Below are positions 1 to 12,704 of a stretch of DNA of 64,000 nt, piece after piece. Position numbers and translations under genes: made by a program. Under the pieces are notes generated by a model. That model did not search any database, was not told the DNA's origin, and was given only the letters and a program-made list of their open reading frames with translations. Position 1 is the stretch's first letter. The number at the start of each line of letters is the position of its first letter. This stretch comes from Squalus acanthias (Eukaryota), in assembly GCA_030390025.1 (NCBI GenBank), contig CM059431.1, positions 117,616,001 to 117,680,000 on the forward strand. Reading direction: 5' to 3'.

Positions 1-3000
1 CTGGCCGCCTCTGATGACGTCACAATAGCAGCTGCTTTTAAAGCTGCCTTCCAGCCTGAGCATTTCCATTGTGGTTCCCAGCACTTGTTTTCAAAGCTAT
101 GACTTCTTCCAGAGGCAAGGCAGCTCCTTGGTTTAAGGATGAGTCCCTGCAAGTTCTTGTTGATGCTGTCAGATGGCGCAGGGAGATTCTCTTCCCTCCT
201 GATGGCCGGAGGAAGCCTCCTCAGCAGACCAAGGCAGCCTGGCTGCGCATTGCTCAGGAGGTGAGCGCAAGGTCCATTTATGCACGGTCATGGACCCAGT
301 GCCAAAAAAGGTTTAATGATCTTGTGAGAACATCAAAAGTGAGTATCCCATCTCACTTTGTCTTCACTCTGCTTCCCTTCTCTACTCATCACCTGCACTC
401 TGCTTTGGAAGCCTCCTCCTTCACATCCCACCTTACTTTTACTTCATTTGCACCCTTTCCTATCCATCTCTGTCTCTGCACTGAATCATTTCAGCATCTT
501 GCCTATGCACCCCTTAGACTCGCTCTCACTGTCATCCAGTGACAACAACTAACAACGCACAGGGAGCTACCTTCCTATTGTCACCTTACCCCATCTTTGT
601 TTCACTCAAAGCTTCTAAGATCGGGATTAATCACACTCTCTCCATCACTGTGGCTGAAACACCGCCTGTGTCCTCCTTTCAGGAAAAGATAGCCCACCAT
701 AAGAGGGAGAGAGCAATGACTGGAGGAGGAACAGCTTCCCTTGCAACATTGACCAGTGCTGAGGAGGCAGCAAACAAGATTGTTGGAGATGGCGAGGACC
801 TGGAAGTGGGCGATGGAGAGATGGGCACACTAGAGGAAGATGGTGATATAATAGAGTTTCATCCCTCTCAAAAAGCAATGCAATATGATGTTCATAGAGA
901 ATCGCTTTGTATCATCTGCTCAAAAGGATGTGTCTGCTACATCAATATCAGATGTCTAATTCAAGCCTTTACTCCCCCACAGGACCAGCGAGCACCCCCC
1001 TCCCCACGTTCCAGGATGAAGACCCGGACATCTCCTCAGAGGAACCTGAAGCCTCTGAGGGAGCAGTGTCACCAGGACTCAGTGCACCCAGCACCAGCAA
1101 AACAACGCACACCTCAGAGGGGCCATCGTGAGTTAGAGTAGTGTTGCCATCTAGTCTATCACAGCGCACAAGGGAGCATCAGCAGATGGTGGAGACACCG
1201 ACAGCAGTGGAGAGTCCTTGGTGGAGGTCGCAGGACTCTCCTAGCTCTGTTGAGCTGCATGCAGATGCTGTGCCTCTGGGGCCATCCAGAAAAAGAGCGG
1301 TTTGTGAAATACAGGAACAAGTGCAGGTGTCTCTGGAAGGGTTTGCCTTCAGGGTTAGTGCGAGTGTAGAGAGAATGGAGGAGTCCATCTCTAATATCAG
1401 CACTGTCATGGTGGAGGCAATGGCGCATGAACGCACCACAATGGATAGGATGGCAACCTCCGTGGAAAGGATGGCTACCTCAGTGGAAAGGATGGCTATG
1501 GCCATGGAGGAAATAAGTCACCAGAGTCAGGAAAACATGGTGACTGTTCAGAATAGACTGACATCTCTGGAGGAGCAATGGGCAGCTATTGAGCAGAGAG
1601 ACCAGAGCTTCATGAACGTCCTTTTGAGGAGGACTACCAGTGCAGATACGGGTCCTCATGGCCCCCCTGAAGTGCAGCAAGGTGCTCTCTTGCCACTTGC
1701 TAGCACTGATGTGCGGCTGACCCATGAGAGGAATGTTGTTGGCAGGACAGAAGGAAGTGCGGGCTCCTCTCAAAGCGCTCGCACGATCATTCCACTACAG
1801 AGCCCTCGGTCAGAGACCCACTTTGCAGAGACAACTGAGATGGCCGTTTCAGCCCCTGCACAGCCGCAGGAACAGCAGACTGTTGAAGGCTCCCAAACCC
1901 AGAGGATGTCTGCTAAAGGCATCTAAGGAGCAGCATCCTAGTCAGCAAGGTGCCTCTACATCTGCTGAAGTCACAGGGGAAGCACCATGTGGAAGCACAC
2001 GTAAGAGAAAAAGTAAGCACCTATAGTCAGTCACAAGGGGACTCACTTGGATGATGTTTCTTTTTTTTCTGATTGTTGGTATATTTTGTCATGTGATAAA
2101 GAGAAATTATGGCAAACATTTGATTGTGTGGCCTATGTGTTCTGGGAAATGACAAAAGCTCATTAAGGGCTCAGGGTGACTTACATTTGTAATGCTGATG
2201 GTAACAGTGATAGGAAATAAGAGGGTATAGCAGAGATGAAGCATGACGTTGGACAAGTGTTGCCTGCAATTACAGAGCCATATGGTGGGCACCTATGGTC
2301 GAAGAGTAAGCTTATGGTAGTATGGCATGGCAGTGTGTCTACCCTGGTTGACGGGCAGCAGTGAACTGGAGGGATGCTGCATTGGTCACAACAGGCATGC
2401 AAGGCTCCCCTCATCCTCCTCCTACTCCTCTTCCCAGGAAGAAATGTGGTGAGCCATGTGGCTTCTACTCCCCCGATTATGAAGACCAGGATGAGACCAT
2501 TATGACCAATTATGAGGACCATTTATGTTTCCCATCCATTTGCTATAGATTTCAATTGAGGTAACAAACTTGCAAGCGCACAGTCGAAGTGGCTGGAAAT
2601 AATTCCATTCATGACACACTGCAGACGGGTGTCAGCTTGAACAGTCAGAAGGTCAGTAGATGTGAAAAATGTTATCCCATACCTGCAACAGCAAAGTTGT
2701 TGCATTTGAATGTCAGCCATGTTTCAGGGGCGCTTTTCAAGCGCTCCACCAATGCATACAAATCATGTCCTCCAGCAACTCGTCTCCTTGAACCTGGCCT
2801 GTTTCTGACTAGTCGTGAAACAGGAGCCAGTAGCAGGAAAATGGGAAACCACAATGAAAATAGGATTAGCAAGGCAGTTAACAGGCTGTTAACTGCCTTA
2901 ACTAGCTGTCCCGCTGGTTGGAGAGAGGTCAGTTTTGGAGCGGCTAAATAGACACTCAGGAAAATCAGGTGGGGGCGGGATGGAGGCGGGTTGAGTGTCT

Positions 3001-3073
3001 GAAGCCATTTTTCCCGATTTTACCAACAGACCTGCCTCCAAACCCACCTCCTCAAGGCTATTAAAATCGAGGC
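1..3073. mobile_element. Harbinger family I element (partial, runs off the left edge; transposase largely deleted)
   Basis: Carries a Myb/SANT-like gene (99-2026). It ends in AAAATCGAGGCT, similar to the family TIR AAAATCGCGGCC, preceded by ACCCGCC/GGCGGGT-rich subterminal sequence like that at 3413, 34544 and 51453. Confidence 0.65.
99..2026 (+). pseudogene. Harbinger Myb/SANT-like DNA-binding protein gene, 3 exons (99-338, 683-842, 983-~2026)
   Basis: Exon 1 encodes AAPWFKDESLQVLV...W..IA.EV...RSWTQCQKRFNDL and exon 2 encodes EKIAHHKRERAMTGGG. Canonical GT/AG sites join the exons in frame. In-frame TGA at 1129-1131 and a late frameshift before the C-terminal RKRK. Confidence 0.88.
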
Positions 3074-3599
3074 TCCTCCACACTGCCACAATCCAACCCG
3101 ATCACGAACCTGGAACTTGGGGGAATAACCTGTGCGGGCTCCTACCGCAGCGCCATCTCCATTATGATGAGGTCTGAGGCCCAAAATCTGGGGCTCCTCG
3201 GACCTCACTGTTTGGGCGCAGACTGTTAAAACTGTGTGGGTGAGGCACTCAAAAATAGGCGCTCCCGAATTTATCCCCCTTGACGTTTAGTTTATGAGTA
3301 TAAAGTTGATGAATAAAATCCAATTTAGATATATTCATTCAAATATTGTCAGCCTAATTAAGGACATTAAAGCCCCCCACCAATGTCCTTTTCTTAGGGA
3401 TTCTGAAACTTCGGCTGCGATTTTGCCAGTGCTCAGAGGGCGGGTTCGGAGGTGGGTCAGGTGTTAAAGTTGCAATGATTGACGGCGGGTTGGAAACATA
3501 AGATCATAAGAACATAAGACATAGGAGCAGGAGTAGGTCATTTGGCCCCTCGAGCCTGCTTCGCCATTCAATGAGATCATGGCTGATCTGATCTTGGCC

Positions 3600-6503
3600 T
3601 CAACTCCACTTCCCTGCCCGCTCCCCATAACCGTTGACTCCCTTACCTTTCAAAAATCGGTCTATCTCAGCCTTGAATATATTCAATAACTCAGCCTCCA
3701 CAGCTCTCTGGGGAAGAGAATTCCAAAGATTCACGACCCTCTGAGAGAAGAAATTCCTCCTCATTTCCATTTTAAATGGGTGCCCCCTTATTCTGAAATT
3801 ATGCCCCCTAGTTCTAGATCCCCCCACGAGGGGAAACATCCTCTCTGCATCTACCCTGTCAAGCCCCTTCAGAATCTTATATGTTTCAATAAGATCCCTT
3901 CTCATTCTTCTAAACTCCAATGAGTAATTGCCCAACCTGCTCAACCTTTCTTCATAAGACAACCCCTTCATCTCCGGAATCAACCTTGTGAACCTTCTCT
4001 GAACTGCCTCCAATACAAGTATATCCTTCCTTAAATAAGGAGACCAAAACTGTATGTAGTACTCCAGGTGTGGTCTCACCAACGCCCTGTACAGTTGTAA
4101 CAGGACTTCCCTACTTTTACACTCCATTCCCTTTGCAATAAAGGCCAACATTCCATTTGCCTTCCTAATTTCTTGCTGTACCTGCATGCTAACTTTTTGT
4201 GATTCATGTACAAGGACCCTCAGATCCCTCTGTAGCTCATCATTTTGTAATCTCTCCCCATTTAAATAATAATTTATTTTTTAATTTTTCCTACCAAAGT
4301 GGATAACCTCACATTTTCCCACATTATACTCCATCTGCCAGATTTTTGCCCACTCACTTAGCCTGTCCATATCCCTTTGGAGATTCTTTGCGTCCTCTTC
4401 ACAATTTGCTTTCCCACCATCTTTGTATCATCAGCAAATTTGGATACATTGCACTCGGTCCCTTCATCCAAGTCATAAATATAGATTGTAAATAGTTGAG
4501 GCCCCAGCACTGATCCCTGCGGCACCCCACTAGTTACAGTTTGCCAACCTGAAAATGACCCATTTATCCCTACTCTCTGTTTTCTGTTAGTTAGCCAATC
4601 CTCTATCTATGCTAATATATTACCCCCAACCCCGTGAGCTCTTATCTTGTGCAGTAACCTTTTCTGTGGCACCTTATCAAATGCCTTCTGGAAATCCAAA
4701 TACACGACATTTACTGGTTCCCCTTTATCCACCCTGCTTGTTACATCCTCAAAGACCTCCAACAAATTTGTCAAACATGATTTCCCTTTCATAAAACTAT
4801 GCTGACTCTGCTAGACTATATTATGATTTTCTAAATGTCCTGCTATCACTTCCTTAATGATGGACTCCAGCATTTTCCCAATGACAGATGTTAGGCTAAT
4901 TGGTCTATAGTTGCCTGCTTTCTGTCTCCCTCCTTTCTTAAATAGGGGCGTTACTTTTGAGGTTTTCCAGTCTGCTGGGACCTCTCCAGAATCCAGGGAA
5001 TTTTGGAAGATTACAATCAATGCATCCACTATCTCTGCAGCCGCCTCTTTTAAGACCATAGGATGCAGGCCATCGGGTCCAGGGGACTTGTCCACCTTTA
5101 GTCCCATTATTTTGCCTAGTACTTTTTCTCTAGTGATAATGATTGTTTTAAGTCCCCCCCCCCCCCCACCCACCCCAACAGCCCCTTGATTATCCATTAT
5201 TGGGATGCTTTTAGTGTCTTCTACCATGAAGACCGATACAAAATATTTGTTCAAAGTCTCCGCCATTTCCCTGTTTCCCATTAATTCCCCAAAATCATCC
5301 TCTAGGGGACCAAAGTTTACTTTAGCTACTCTCTTCTTTTTTATATACCTGTAGAAGATCTTACTGTCTGTTTTTATATTTCTTGCTAACTTACTCTCAT
5401 AAGCTTTCTTTTCTCTCTTTATCATTTTTTTAGTCGCCCTTTGCTGGTTTTTTAAAATTTCCCAATCCTCTGGCCTTCCACTATTCTTCACAACATTGTA
5501 TGCCTTTGTTTTCAATTTGATACCATCCTTTACTTCCTTAGTTAGCCATGGATGGTTCATCCTTCTCTTAGAGACTTTCTTTCTCATTGGAATATATCTT
5601 TGCTGAGAGTTATGAAATATCTCCTTAAATGTTTGCCACCTGTTTTTCTACAGTCTTAACCTGTAATATATTTTCCCAGTCCACTTTAACCAAGTCTGCC
5701 TTCATACCTTTGTAATTACCTTTATTTATGTTCAGGACACTAGTTTGAAACCTAGCTTTCTCACCCTTAAACTGAATTTGAAATTCTACCATGCTATGAT
5801 CACTCTTCCCAAGAGGATCCTTCACTTCGAGATCATTAATTAATCCAGCCTTGTTACACATTTCCAGATCTAAAATAGTCTGCTCCCTGATTGGTTCCAC
5901 AACGTATTGTTCCAAGAAACCATCCTGCATACACTCTAAGAACTCTTCCTCAAGCCTACCTTTGCCAATTTGCTTTGTCCAATCAATATGAAGATTAAAA
6001 TCTCCCATGATTATAGCCGTAACTTTCTTACAAGCCTCTATTATTTCTTGATTTATATTCTGTCCTACATTGTGGCTATTGTTTGGGGACCTGTAGACCA
6101 CTCACACCAGTGACTTCTGACCCTTATTATTTCTTATCTCCACCCAAACTGATTCTACGTCTTGATCTTCTGAGCCAATATAATTTCTCACTACTGCACT
6201 GATCTCATCCCTTATTAACAGAGCTACACCACCTCCTTTTCATTTCTGCCTAACCTTACAAAATGGCAAATACCCCAGAAAATTCAGTTCCCAGCCTTGG
6301 TCACCTTGCAACCATGTCTGTGTAATGGCTATCAGATCATACTCATTGATTTCTATTTGTGCTGTCAACTCATCTATCTTGTTACGAATGCTGCGTGCGT
6401 TCAGATATAAAGCTTTTAATTTTGTCTTTTTACCATTTTTCCCTACTCTGACCCCTCTTTCTGATGCACTCTTATGTGTATACGCTCTGTCCCTTCCTGT
6501 CAC
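3600..6503 (-). pseudogene. CR1 ORF2 (APE endonuclease + reverse transcriptase), frameshifted
   Basis: YLNARSIRNK, IIMGDFN, SDH, KSPGPDG, GNYRPISLTS, YLDFQKAFDKV, FADD (~4421-4440) and C-terminal FFSQRVVNLWNSLP. Confidence 0.93.
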
Positions 6504-6632
6504 AATCTGGTGCTACACCTTTCGCTACCCTGCATTTTGCCTTCTCATTTTTCTTTGACTTTTTTCATTTCCGCTCAGCACATCCCTCCCCCCCACTGTT
6601 TAGTTTAAAGCCCTATCTACAGCCCTAGTTAT

Positions 6633-7556
6633 TCAATTCGTCAGGACACTGGTCCTAGCCTGGTTCAAATGAAGCCCGTCCTGACGGAACAGCTCCCTCT
6701 TACCCCAGTACTGGTGCCAGTGCCCCAAGAATTGAAACCCATTTCTCCCACACCAATCTTTGAGCCACTCATTCATCTCTCTGATCATATTTACCCTATG
6801 CCAATTTGCACGTGGCTCAGGCAGTAATCCAGAGATTATTACCTTTGTGGTTCTGCATTTTAATTTAGCCCCTAGCTGCTCATACTCCCTCAGCAGAACC
6901 TCTTTCTTTGTCCTACCTATGTTGTTGGTACCTACATGAACCACAACAACTGGATCTTTCCCCTCCCACTCTAAGTTCCTCTCCAGCCCAGAGGAGATGT
7001 CCTTTACACTGGCACCGGGTAGGCAACACAGCCTTCGGGACTCACGCTCTTAGCTGCAGAGAACAGTGTCTATCCCCCTAACTATGCTGTCCCCTACCAC
7101 TACCACATTTCTTTTTGCTCCCCCCACTTGAATGGCTCCCTGTACCATGGTGCTATGGTCAGTTTGCTCATCCTCACTGCAGTCCCTGCTCTCGCCCACA
7201 CAGAGAGTAAGAACCTCGTAACAGTTGGACAAGAGCAAGGGCTGAGGCTCCTCCACCACTATCTCCTGGGTCCCCATACCTGCCTCCCTTGTAGTCACAC
7301 CCACCTGTCCCTGACCACGAACCAAATTTGAATTAATTAATCTTAGGGGTGTGGCTGCCTCCTGGAACACAGCATCCAGGTAATTCTCCCCCTCCCTGAT
7401 GTGTCGCAGTGTTTGAAGCTCGGACTCCAGCTCATCAACACGGAGCCGAAGTTCCTCGAGCAACCAACACTTACTGCAAATGTGGTCGCCGTGGACCTCA
7501 ATGGTGTTCACCAGCTCCCACCTGTTGCAGCAGTAACACATTGCCTGCCCTGCCAT
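6633..7556 (-). pseudogene. CR1 ORF1 (CxxC zinc finger, leucine zipper, SGNH/GDSL esterase-like domain)
   Basis: CYCC...CSKC, heptad LEELRLRVDELESELQTL, VVVVGDSIVRG, VHVGTNN and DGLHLN. Interrupted by a stop at 7050. Confidence 0.88.
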
Positions 7557-7940
7557 CTCTAATGTATTTAATTAATTAAGTGTTTAAGTTTTGAATGTTT
7601 AGTTTTTAATCCCGGCTCTTAATTTAAACCAATGCCCAAGAAAAAGAGAGAAATATTGACCAACCAATCGTTTCCCTGCTTTCCTGTGACGTCACCCTTT
7701 GAATCTTTCTAATTCTTACCCTCCCAGGTCAGTTGGCGCTGCTCCGGGCTCGCTCTCTTGGTTGGTCGGCTCGCTGGTTGGCTCAGTGGCGCCCTTTTAT
7801 CTCCAGCCCAATCTCCCGCTCTCACGCTCTCTTGTAGTACCCGCCGCGATCCCGCCTCAGTGTGAGTTTCAAGAGTGTCGGGTCTGCGATTTCACAACAG
7901 ACCCGACACCAAGCGGCGGGTAAGGGATTTAAGGTACATA

Positions 7941-8110
7941 GGCCTAAAAATTCAGTTGCTTTGAGCCTCCCTAACGGGGCGTAAAGCAATTAGCGCCCGG
8001 GTGCGGCACTGCCAACGCCTCCCGCGAAATTCAGCGGGAGGTTAGTGGCGGCAGGTAACCATTAGCGCCCCGCGGCGCTGATGTCATCGCCGTGCACAGC
8101 ACCCCGCTCG
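7941..8110. mobile_element. Terminal fragment of a Harbinger family II element/MITE
   Basis: GGCCTAAAAATTCAGTTG start and TTAGCGCC motifs; similar to the end at 12705. Confidence 0.65.
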
Positions 8111-8120
8111 TGGCCCACAC

Positions 8121-8355
8121 AGCTAATTTTTGTATCATCTGCAAACTTCTTAATCATACTCCCTACATTCAAGTCCAAATCATTGATATATACCACAAAA
8201 AGCAAAGGACCCAGCACTGAGCCCTACAGAACCCCACTGGACATAGCCTTCCAGCCACATAAACACCCTTCGACCATTACCCTTTGTTTCCTGCCTCTGA
8301 GACAATTTTGGATCCAACTTGTCACTTTGCCTTGGATCCCATGGGCTTTCACTTG
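8121..8355 (-). mobile_element. CR1 RT internal fragment
   Basis: Reverse strand reads GSVLGPLLFVVYINDLD...KFADDTK. Confidence 0.8.
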
Positions 8356-8356
8356 T

Positions 8357-9680
8357 TTACATGTTTGAGATGGACTCCTCCATTTTCTGCACACTCGCAG
8401 TCACCATGGTTGTAAACCCAGTCAGAGCCTCCTGCACTTGTTCCTGAAACTCCGGCACCGCTCTCTTTCTGGATGGCCCCCGAGGCTCAGCGTCTACATG
8501 CAGCTGAGCAGAGCTTGGAGTGTCCTGCGGCCTCCCACGAGGGCTTTCCACTGCTGTCCCTGTCTCCACCATCTGCTCTTGCTCACTCGTGAATTGTGAG
8601 ACACCAGGTGACCACACTACTCTATCTCGCAAACGACCCACCGAGTTGTGCGTCTCTGCGCTGGTGCTGGTGCTGAGTGCGATCATTTCTGCTGACGCTG
8701 CTCCCTCAGAGGATGCAGCATCCTCTGAGGAGTCCTCCTGCTCTTCCGCCTGGACAGTAGGGAGGGGGGCTCTTGCTGGTCCCGTGGGAGAGTAAAGACA
8801 TGAGTTAGACATGTTATATGTAGATTGCAGACACATCCATTGTGCACATGATGAGCATTCAATTTCTATTGACATCAGATCCCATATGTGTCACTCATGA
8901 AAGCCAAATAAGATAGATGGAGAAGCATTCTGTCACCAGGTTGTTCTACTGAGCCCGTATCTCCGTCCCCCACTTCGAGCTGTTCCACTGATCCCGCAAT
9001 GTCGAGAGCAACCTCCTCAGCGTGGGTGAGCTGTGAGAAGGATGGTGGTCCTCCTCCTGTTCTCTCCCTCTCCCTCTTATTATGGCCTCTCTTTTCCTGC
9101 AATGAGGGAAAGAAGTGGAGTTTCAGTGAGAGTGATGGAATGAGAGTATAGAATGGATAGGATAGATGTTTAGAGGGAGACTACGATGGAGTATGTACCC
9201 ATTACCAAGTTGCCTCCTTTTGAGTTGTTAGTTGTTTTCATTGCATAACTTTGAGGGTGAGTGTGAGGGGTGTATAGTTAGATGGGGAAGTGATTTTGTA
9301 CATAGGGAGAGAGGGATAGGGGATGGTGCAAGGGATGTTTGGTTGAGTTAGGATGTGCAGGGGGAGGGTTGGCAATGCAGAGTGATGGGGATGTGATGAC
9401 AGGCACAGCAGAATTAAGGTAAGTGTGCTTTTATACTCACTTTTCCAGAGCGCAGGAGATCATTGAACCTTTTCCTGCATTGGACCCAGGTGCGTCTGAC
9501 CATGGACCTGGCACTGACCTCCTCAGCTATTCACAGCCAGGCTGCCTTTGTCTGCTGAGGAGGTTTCCTTCTTCCATCTCCTGGGTACAGGACCTCCTGA
9601 CGTCCTCTGACTCCCTCCACAAGAACATGGAGGGATTCTTCGTTAAAGCGGGGAGCTGCCTTTGGTCTCTCTGCAGACAT
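8357..9680 (-). pseudogene. Harbinger Myb/SANT-like gene (exons 9680-9441, 9096-8937, 8781-8357 truncated)
   Basis: Homologous to 99-2026 with the same 240/160-nt exons. TGA in exon 1 (9533-9531) and exon-3 acceptor mutated AG>GG. Confidence 0.87.
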
Positions 9681-10438
9681 CGTGGCGAGCAGCAGCAGTC
9701 AGGAGCACCAGAAAAGACGTGAGATTTAACTGTGAAATGGCCCCCTTAAATACTCTGGCTGCAAACGCGTCAGCAGAGCAGCTCAGCAGACCCGCACCTT
9801 GTGATCAGGGCGGGTAAGGCGCACAGCAGGCTTAACGAGCCCAATTAATCTAAAATTGTGTCAGCAGGCCGGCTGCAGCCGGCAGCGGGACCGGAACCCG
9901 CCGACTAACGTTCCCAACATCTCCAAGCAGAAAATCGCGGCCTTCCAGTTGATTAGCATGTCCTGTCCCCTGATAGCAGAATGATGTCTCCTTACCTCTT
10001 AATGTGTTTTCTGCAGTGAAATCTAACTGCAATTTAAGCAGCCGTATGAAGCGTACTGCTGGAAATTGTAGCGTTGAAATTGCACGGGGCCACTTACAGC
10101 GGTTTTGCACCCCAAGTTGGGGCTGTGCACTGCTGACCCCATCATCATTTGCAGGGTCAACTCATTTAAATATCCATTCGTCATTCAGTCGCACAGCTCC
10201 TATGTAAAATGGGAGCAGTGCACTGGGTTGTGGAGGACTTGAAAATTAAAGTGCAGCCTTTAAATAGCCAACAATGACTGAAGAATGCTGCAGGAGGTTG
10301 GGGGAGCATCAGATAAGTAGGAAAGTGTTTGACTCACTGGGTTCACCATAAAGTAGCTGTACTGGATGGCTCATGTGTGGTTTTATGCCACTTTTAAAGA
10401 ACGTCTTTCTCTAGAGGCTCTGGCAGAGGTACCCAAAG

Positions 10439-10690
10439 ATGGCAAAAGGGCACTGCATATAGACAGAAAAGAAGCGTGCACAATTTTAATGAGGCCAACC
10501 TACAAACGCTCCTAGATGAGATGGAACAAAAGAGAGAAGGACTTCTGAGTGTCCATGGGAGTAAAATGCAGAAAAATGTGTTGCATATCATGTCAAAGGA
10601 GGTGGCAATTGAGTGCCATCTCTCTTGCCCGCTGAACTGCAGATCAGTGCTGGAAATATTTCGGTGACCTTAATGAGGGCTGGCAAAATG
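10439..10690 (+). pseudogene. Old, divergent Myb/SANT-like exon 1 remnant
   Basis: NFNEANLQTLLDEMEQKREGL...KEVA followed by frameshifted QCWKYFGDL-like sequence. Confidence 0.55.
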
Positions 10691-12547
10691 TCATACCAGC
10701 CACTCCCTTTTCTTCCTTGGGCACTATGGGCTCCAAACACTGTTCATGCTATAAAATTAAGAACAAGTAACCCTTCACACTGCTCTGTGGTTAAGGGGGG
10801 TCACTAACTCTGGGTTTTACAGTATGTGTTGCCATCTCCCCCAAAAGCAAAGACTTCTGCGCAGAACTCGACAACCCCTTCCTCCATTTTAACAGAGTGA
10901 TAACAGCAGATCTATTACATTTACTGTCCACTAGCCACCTGGGAGACAATTCTAGCCTTCACCAAATTCACTCAATCACGTTGCCGGACAAGCTTGTTCA
11001 CAACGTCTGGAGGGGCAGGGGATAAAAGGAAGGATTCTTGACATCAAAGAGCTGTCTCTTACGAAGGGCAGTCTATCAAGCTGTCGGGGAGGCACTGGCT
11101 TTAAACGCGGGAGATAGTGAGATTGATGGTACAGTACAGGCGCCAAGTTAATGGTTGCACATCTAAACAGTCACCATGCCATCTCCGTGAAGCAGCACAA
11201 CTTCTTCTGTCTACTTAATTCCAATGGGGTTACGTTGATCTATTCTTAGCGTGATGCCTCCTTTCCAGCAGTATGATGGCAAGAAAGGAAATCCCTTAGG
11301 GAATCCCATGCCTGGTCCTCAGAACTTCTGACTCAGTGTTCTCAGTTCCACAGGCCATCAGAGGCAAGCCCAGCACTGTCTTGGTGAAAAGCCAAAAAAC
11401 TTGTCCAAAAGCTCTTTCCCAGCTCCAGTCATCCATTGGTCAAGTTTCTTCACTCTTCAAGCTCAAGTGTTCCTCACTTTTGCCAGTCTGAGCATTTACT
11501 GGCAGCAGGAATATCTTTCCTTTATCTGATTCCATGTTACCTTGGTGCACTGTGAGCATAACTTCTTGGATTTTGTCACGCCAACTTCACTGGCCCGCAT
11601 TTTAATATATGTAAATGAGCTCTATGGACAGAAAACTGGCGGAAAGGGCGAACTCCCCAATTTGCGGGCCTGAAAATTGGGCTGCACCAAATCTGCACCA
11701 CAGAAAAAGTGGTGAGTTAGTTCAGGACCTATTTGTCAATAATTGCGAGAAATATCAAACCTGTCACCCTGACCATTATATTTCAATCAGGTCCAAAACA
11801 AGTGGAAAATTTTATATTTTATATCCATCTCTAGCACTTAAGAAGCTACACTTTATCACAGCAATAAGTATAATGGGGATAATAGTATACAGATGATAAT
11901 ATAATAATGTTGATATACACCTGGTCCACCAGGTTAGCCAGATTGTTTATTTGCGAGTGTTTTTAATTCATTATATTTATAATGAGCATGTGTAGCATAT
12001 TTCCCAGTAATCCATCATTGGGAAATAAAAGACCCTCATTGGTAGTAATCCACTGCTAGTCAAGCAGTGTTATATACCTTCATAATACTTTTTATCATCT
12101 TTTTGGATACTGAGCTCAGCATGCCTATTATGTACCAGCAAGGAGACTATCTTTTTACAATATGTATTAAATACTGTACTGCAGGAAGAATAACTAAAAG
12201 TTGGCATTGAACTGAAGGCAGTAAATCAGTTCCAGGATTCGGCTGATGCTTTATTCTTATGGATTTCACATCATCGGAACCACCTGATTGAAACACTGCT
12301 CTGGATCACGAGTTGAGCCATGCATTATGCAACACAGGCAGCATTCTTGATGTTAGGAGAACTTAAAAAAAGAATGTCTTGTGAGAGAGGTCAAAAGAGA
12401 AACACTCAAGGATGACTAAGCCTATCCCTTTGTACAGATGCTTTCCACTGTAAAATTTCACCAATGCTTGAATTCCGTTAATACACTACCGACTCTCCTC
12501 TATGTCTCCAAGCTAATAATACAGTGCACTTTAAGCCAATTCTACTA

Positions 12548-12687
12548 CAGGTTGAGCGTCCAAAATCCGGAGTTCCGGAATCCGGAATGTTCCAGAATCT
12601 GGACTCCGGGGCGATTGGTGGCAGGGTCATCCGGAATCCGTAAAATGTTCCAGAATCCGGAACTCCTGATTTTGGACGCTCAACCTG
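12548..12687. mobile_element. Tigger/pogo-like MITE (140 bp)
   Basis: TIRs CAGGTTGAGCGTCCAAAATC / GATTTTGGACGCTCAACCTG flanked by TA; internal TCCGGA repeats. Confidence 0.85.
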
Positions 12688-12704
12688 TACTTCAAAAAGC
12701 CATT

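Larger units (their letters stand above)
3495..7838 (-). mobile_element. Full-length CR1 LINE (~4.3 kb)
   Basis: 5' UTR, ORF1, ORF2 and (TTCTTATG)-type 3' tail are all present. It splits the Harbinger subterminal sequence GGCGGGTTGGAA|ACCCGCC. Confidence 0.93.
3413..9942. mobile_element. Harbinger family I non-autonomous element with nested insertions
   Basis: TIRs GGCTGCGATTTT (3413) and AAAATCGCGGCC (ends 9942), TTC direct repeat on both flanks, and a Myb-like gene inside. Confidence 0.85.

Noticed and set aside
12548..12687. CRISPR-like or miRNA repeat array
   Set aside because: No repeat-spacer periodicity; explained by a TA-flanked MITE in eukaryotic DNA.
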